Positions 62,784 to 64,000 of a stretch of DNA of 64,000 bases are shown here, piece after piece. Positions within the stretch are counted from its first letter, which is position 1. The number at the start of each line of letters is the position of its first letter. The translations under genes were made by a program, and so were the position numbers. Under the pieces are notes generated by a model. It was given only the letters and a program-made list of their open reading frames with translations. It was not told where the DNA came from and did no database searches. Source of the DNA: Diadema antillarum (taxonomy: Eukaryota); the NCBI RefSeq assembly GCF_040938485.1, contig NW_027271474.1, positions 248,001 to 312,000 on the forward strand, written 5' to 3'.

Positions 62784-63897
62784 ACATTTGTGGCGTTGTA
62801 ACCAGTACAGTACTACAACTGAAACGACAACTACTATTTAACTTTTCTGCATGCTAACATGATTTCACTCATTTAGATTTGTATATTGCATCACTTTAAA
62901 GCATTATCAAAATAAAATAAACGCATTTGTAATTATGAAAACCATACAGTATCACATTGGTATCTTTAATCATGATAGTTAGTAAAGTGATGACATTCTC
63001 AGGACTACTTTATCTCCCCCTAGGAAATACAAGGTCATCAGCAAACGAATACTTCGAGTTGAACACGCACCACATTTAGTGACAGTCATGTGGACTTACG
63101 GCATTGATCAGCAGTAGACTATTCAATTCAATTCAATTCAAAGTTTATTTCATTTTCCGACATAACATATGTTTCACTTCTTTTGATAACAGAGAACAAG
63201 GTAAATAGAACATAGTGAAATGAAAAGACTGTACAATAATTGAGGACCTTTAGTAATCATACATTGTATAGTAAAAAAGAAACAGAAGTGATCGAAATGA
63301 AGTACATGTATACCGTGCGAAAAATGGATACCGTACTATACTATATGACAATATACTATACCATACTATAATAATATACCATACTATATGACAATAAACG
63401 ATAAACGCGGTGATAGCCGCCGCCGATACAACCCTGTTAGATCTGTGTTATCAGATTGTAATCATTATTTTACCATCACGCTCTTCCCGGGCACATGATG
63501 TCTCAACAGAATGTATCTTTCGCATCGATATTTGCCCTAGGATCAAAGTCGAGTGTTGCAATTATTATGTATTCCTTATCTGATCATTTTGTGGCAAAAT
63601 GTTTGTCAGGAGCGAGATAAGTTGTCAGATTTTTTTTTTCAGATGTTTTGTATTTATTTCATTTCTTAATGACGTAATTGCATCAACTTCCGATGATAAC
63701 GGCTGTGGTGGTTACTTCGTTGCGCGCCGTGCAAAAAAAGGCATTCGACCGCCGGACAAAACGCCGCAGTGACCTTTTACGCTTGCCACGTAAGTAAATG
63801 GAATGACCAATACAAGGGGGTACTAGGCGAGTCGAGTACCCTCTTGGAATGAGCGAGGGCTTGCGACGGCTGGCGTTTGCTGACCTCTCCTTATTAA

Positions 63898-64000
63898 AGG
63901 ACAAGTCCACCTTCATATACATAAGGATTGAGAGAATGCAGCAATATTAGTAGAACACATCAGTGAAAGTTTGAGGAAAATTGGACAATCCGTTCAAAAG
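63898..64000. mobile_element. Family A element, left arm running off the window
   Basis: TTAA|AGGACAAGTCCACCTTCATATACAT.. matches the left end of the 13185 copy. Confidence 0.75.

Overview
AT-rich, repeat-dense animal genomic DNA; an invertebrate deuterostome such as an echinoderm is my inference from gene and repeat style. It holds two spliced genes arranged tail-to-tail. (1) On the + strand, a 5'-incomplete MuSK-family receptor tyrosine kinase: 7 exons at 187-11030 encoding a mucin-like Ser/Thr segment, 2 Ig domains, a 10-Cys Frizzled CRD, TM, NPMY motif and kinase. Its catalytic motifs are intact, but the activation loop lacks the MuSK/Trk/ROR YxxxYY tyrosines. (2) On the - strand, a complete 10-coding-exon SLC6 glycine-transporter-like gene (39308-31059, 689 aa) with a candidate TATA/Inr promoter. 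Between them lie Helentron-associated (HINE-like) elements, nested MITEs and a ~4.45-kb, 25-bp minisatellite with higher-order duplications. The right third contains a nearly intact L2-clade LINE ORF2 (one nonsense codon) inserted into a (CAA)n microsatellite, ultra-short palindromic inserts with 7-bp target duplications that resemble P-element excision footprints, a cluster of CRE palindromes, and three assembly gaps. No CRISPR, rRNA or convincing tRNA was found. The strongest novelty candidates are the tyrosine-poor, mucin-bearing MuSK-like kinase, the P-like footprints and the microsatellite-embedded L2.
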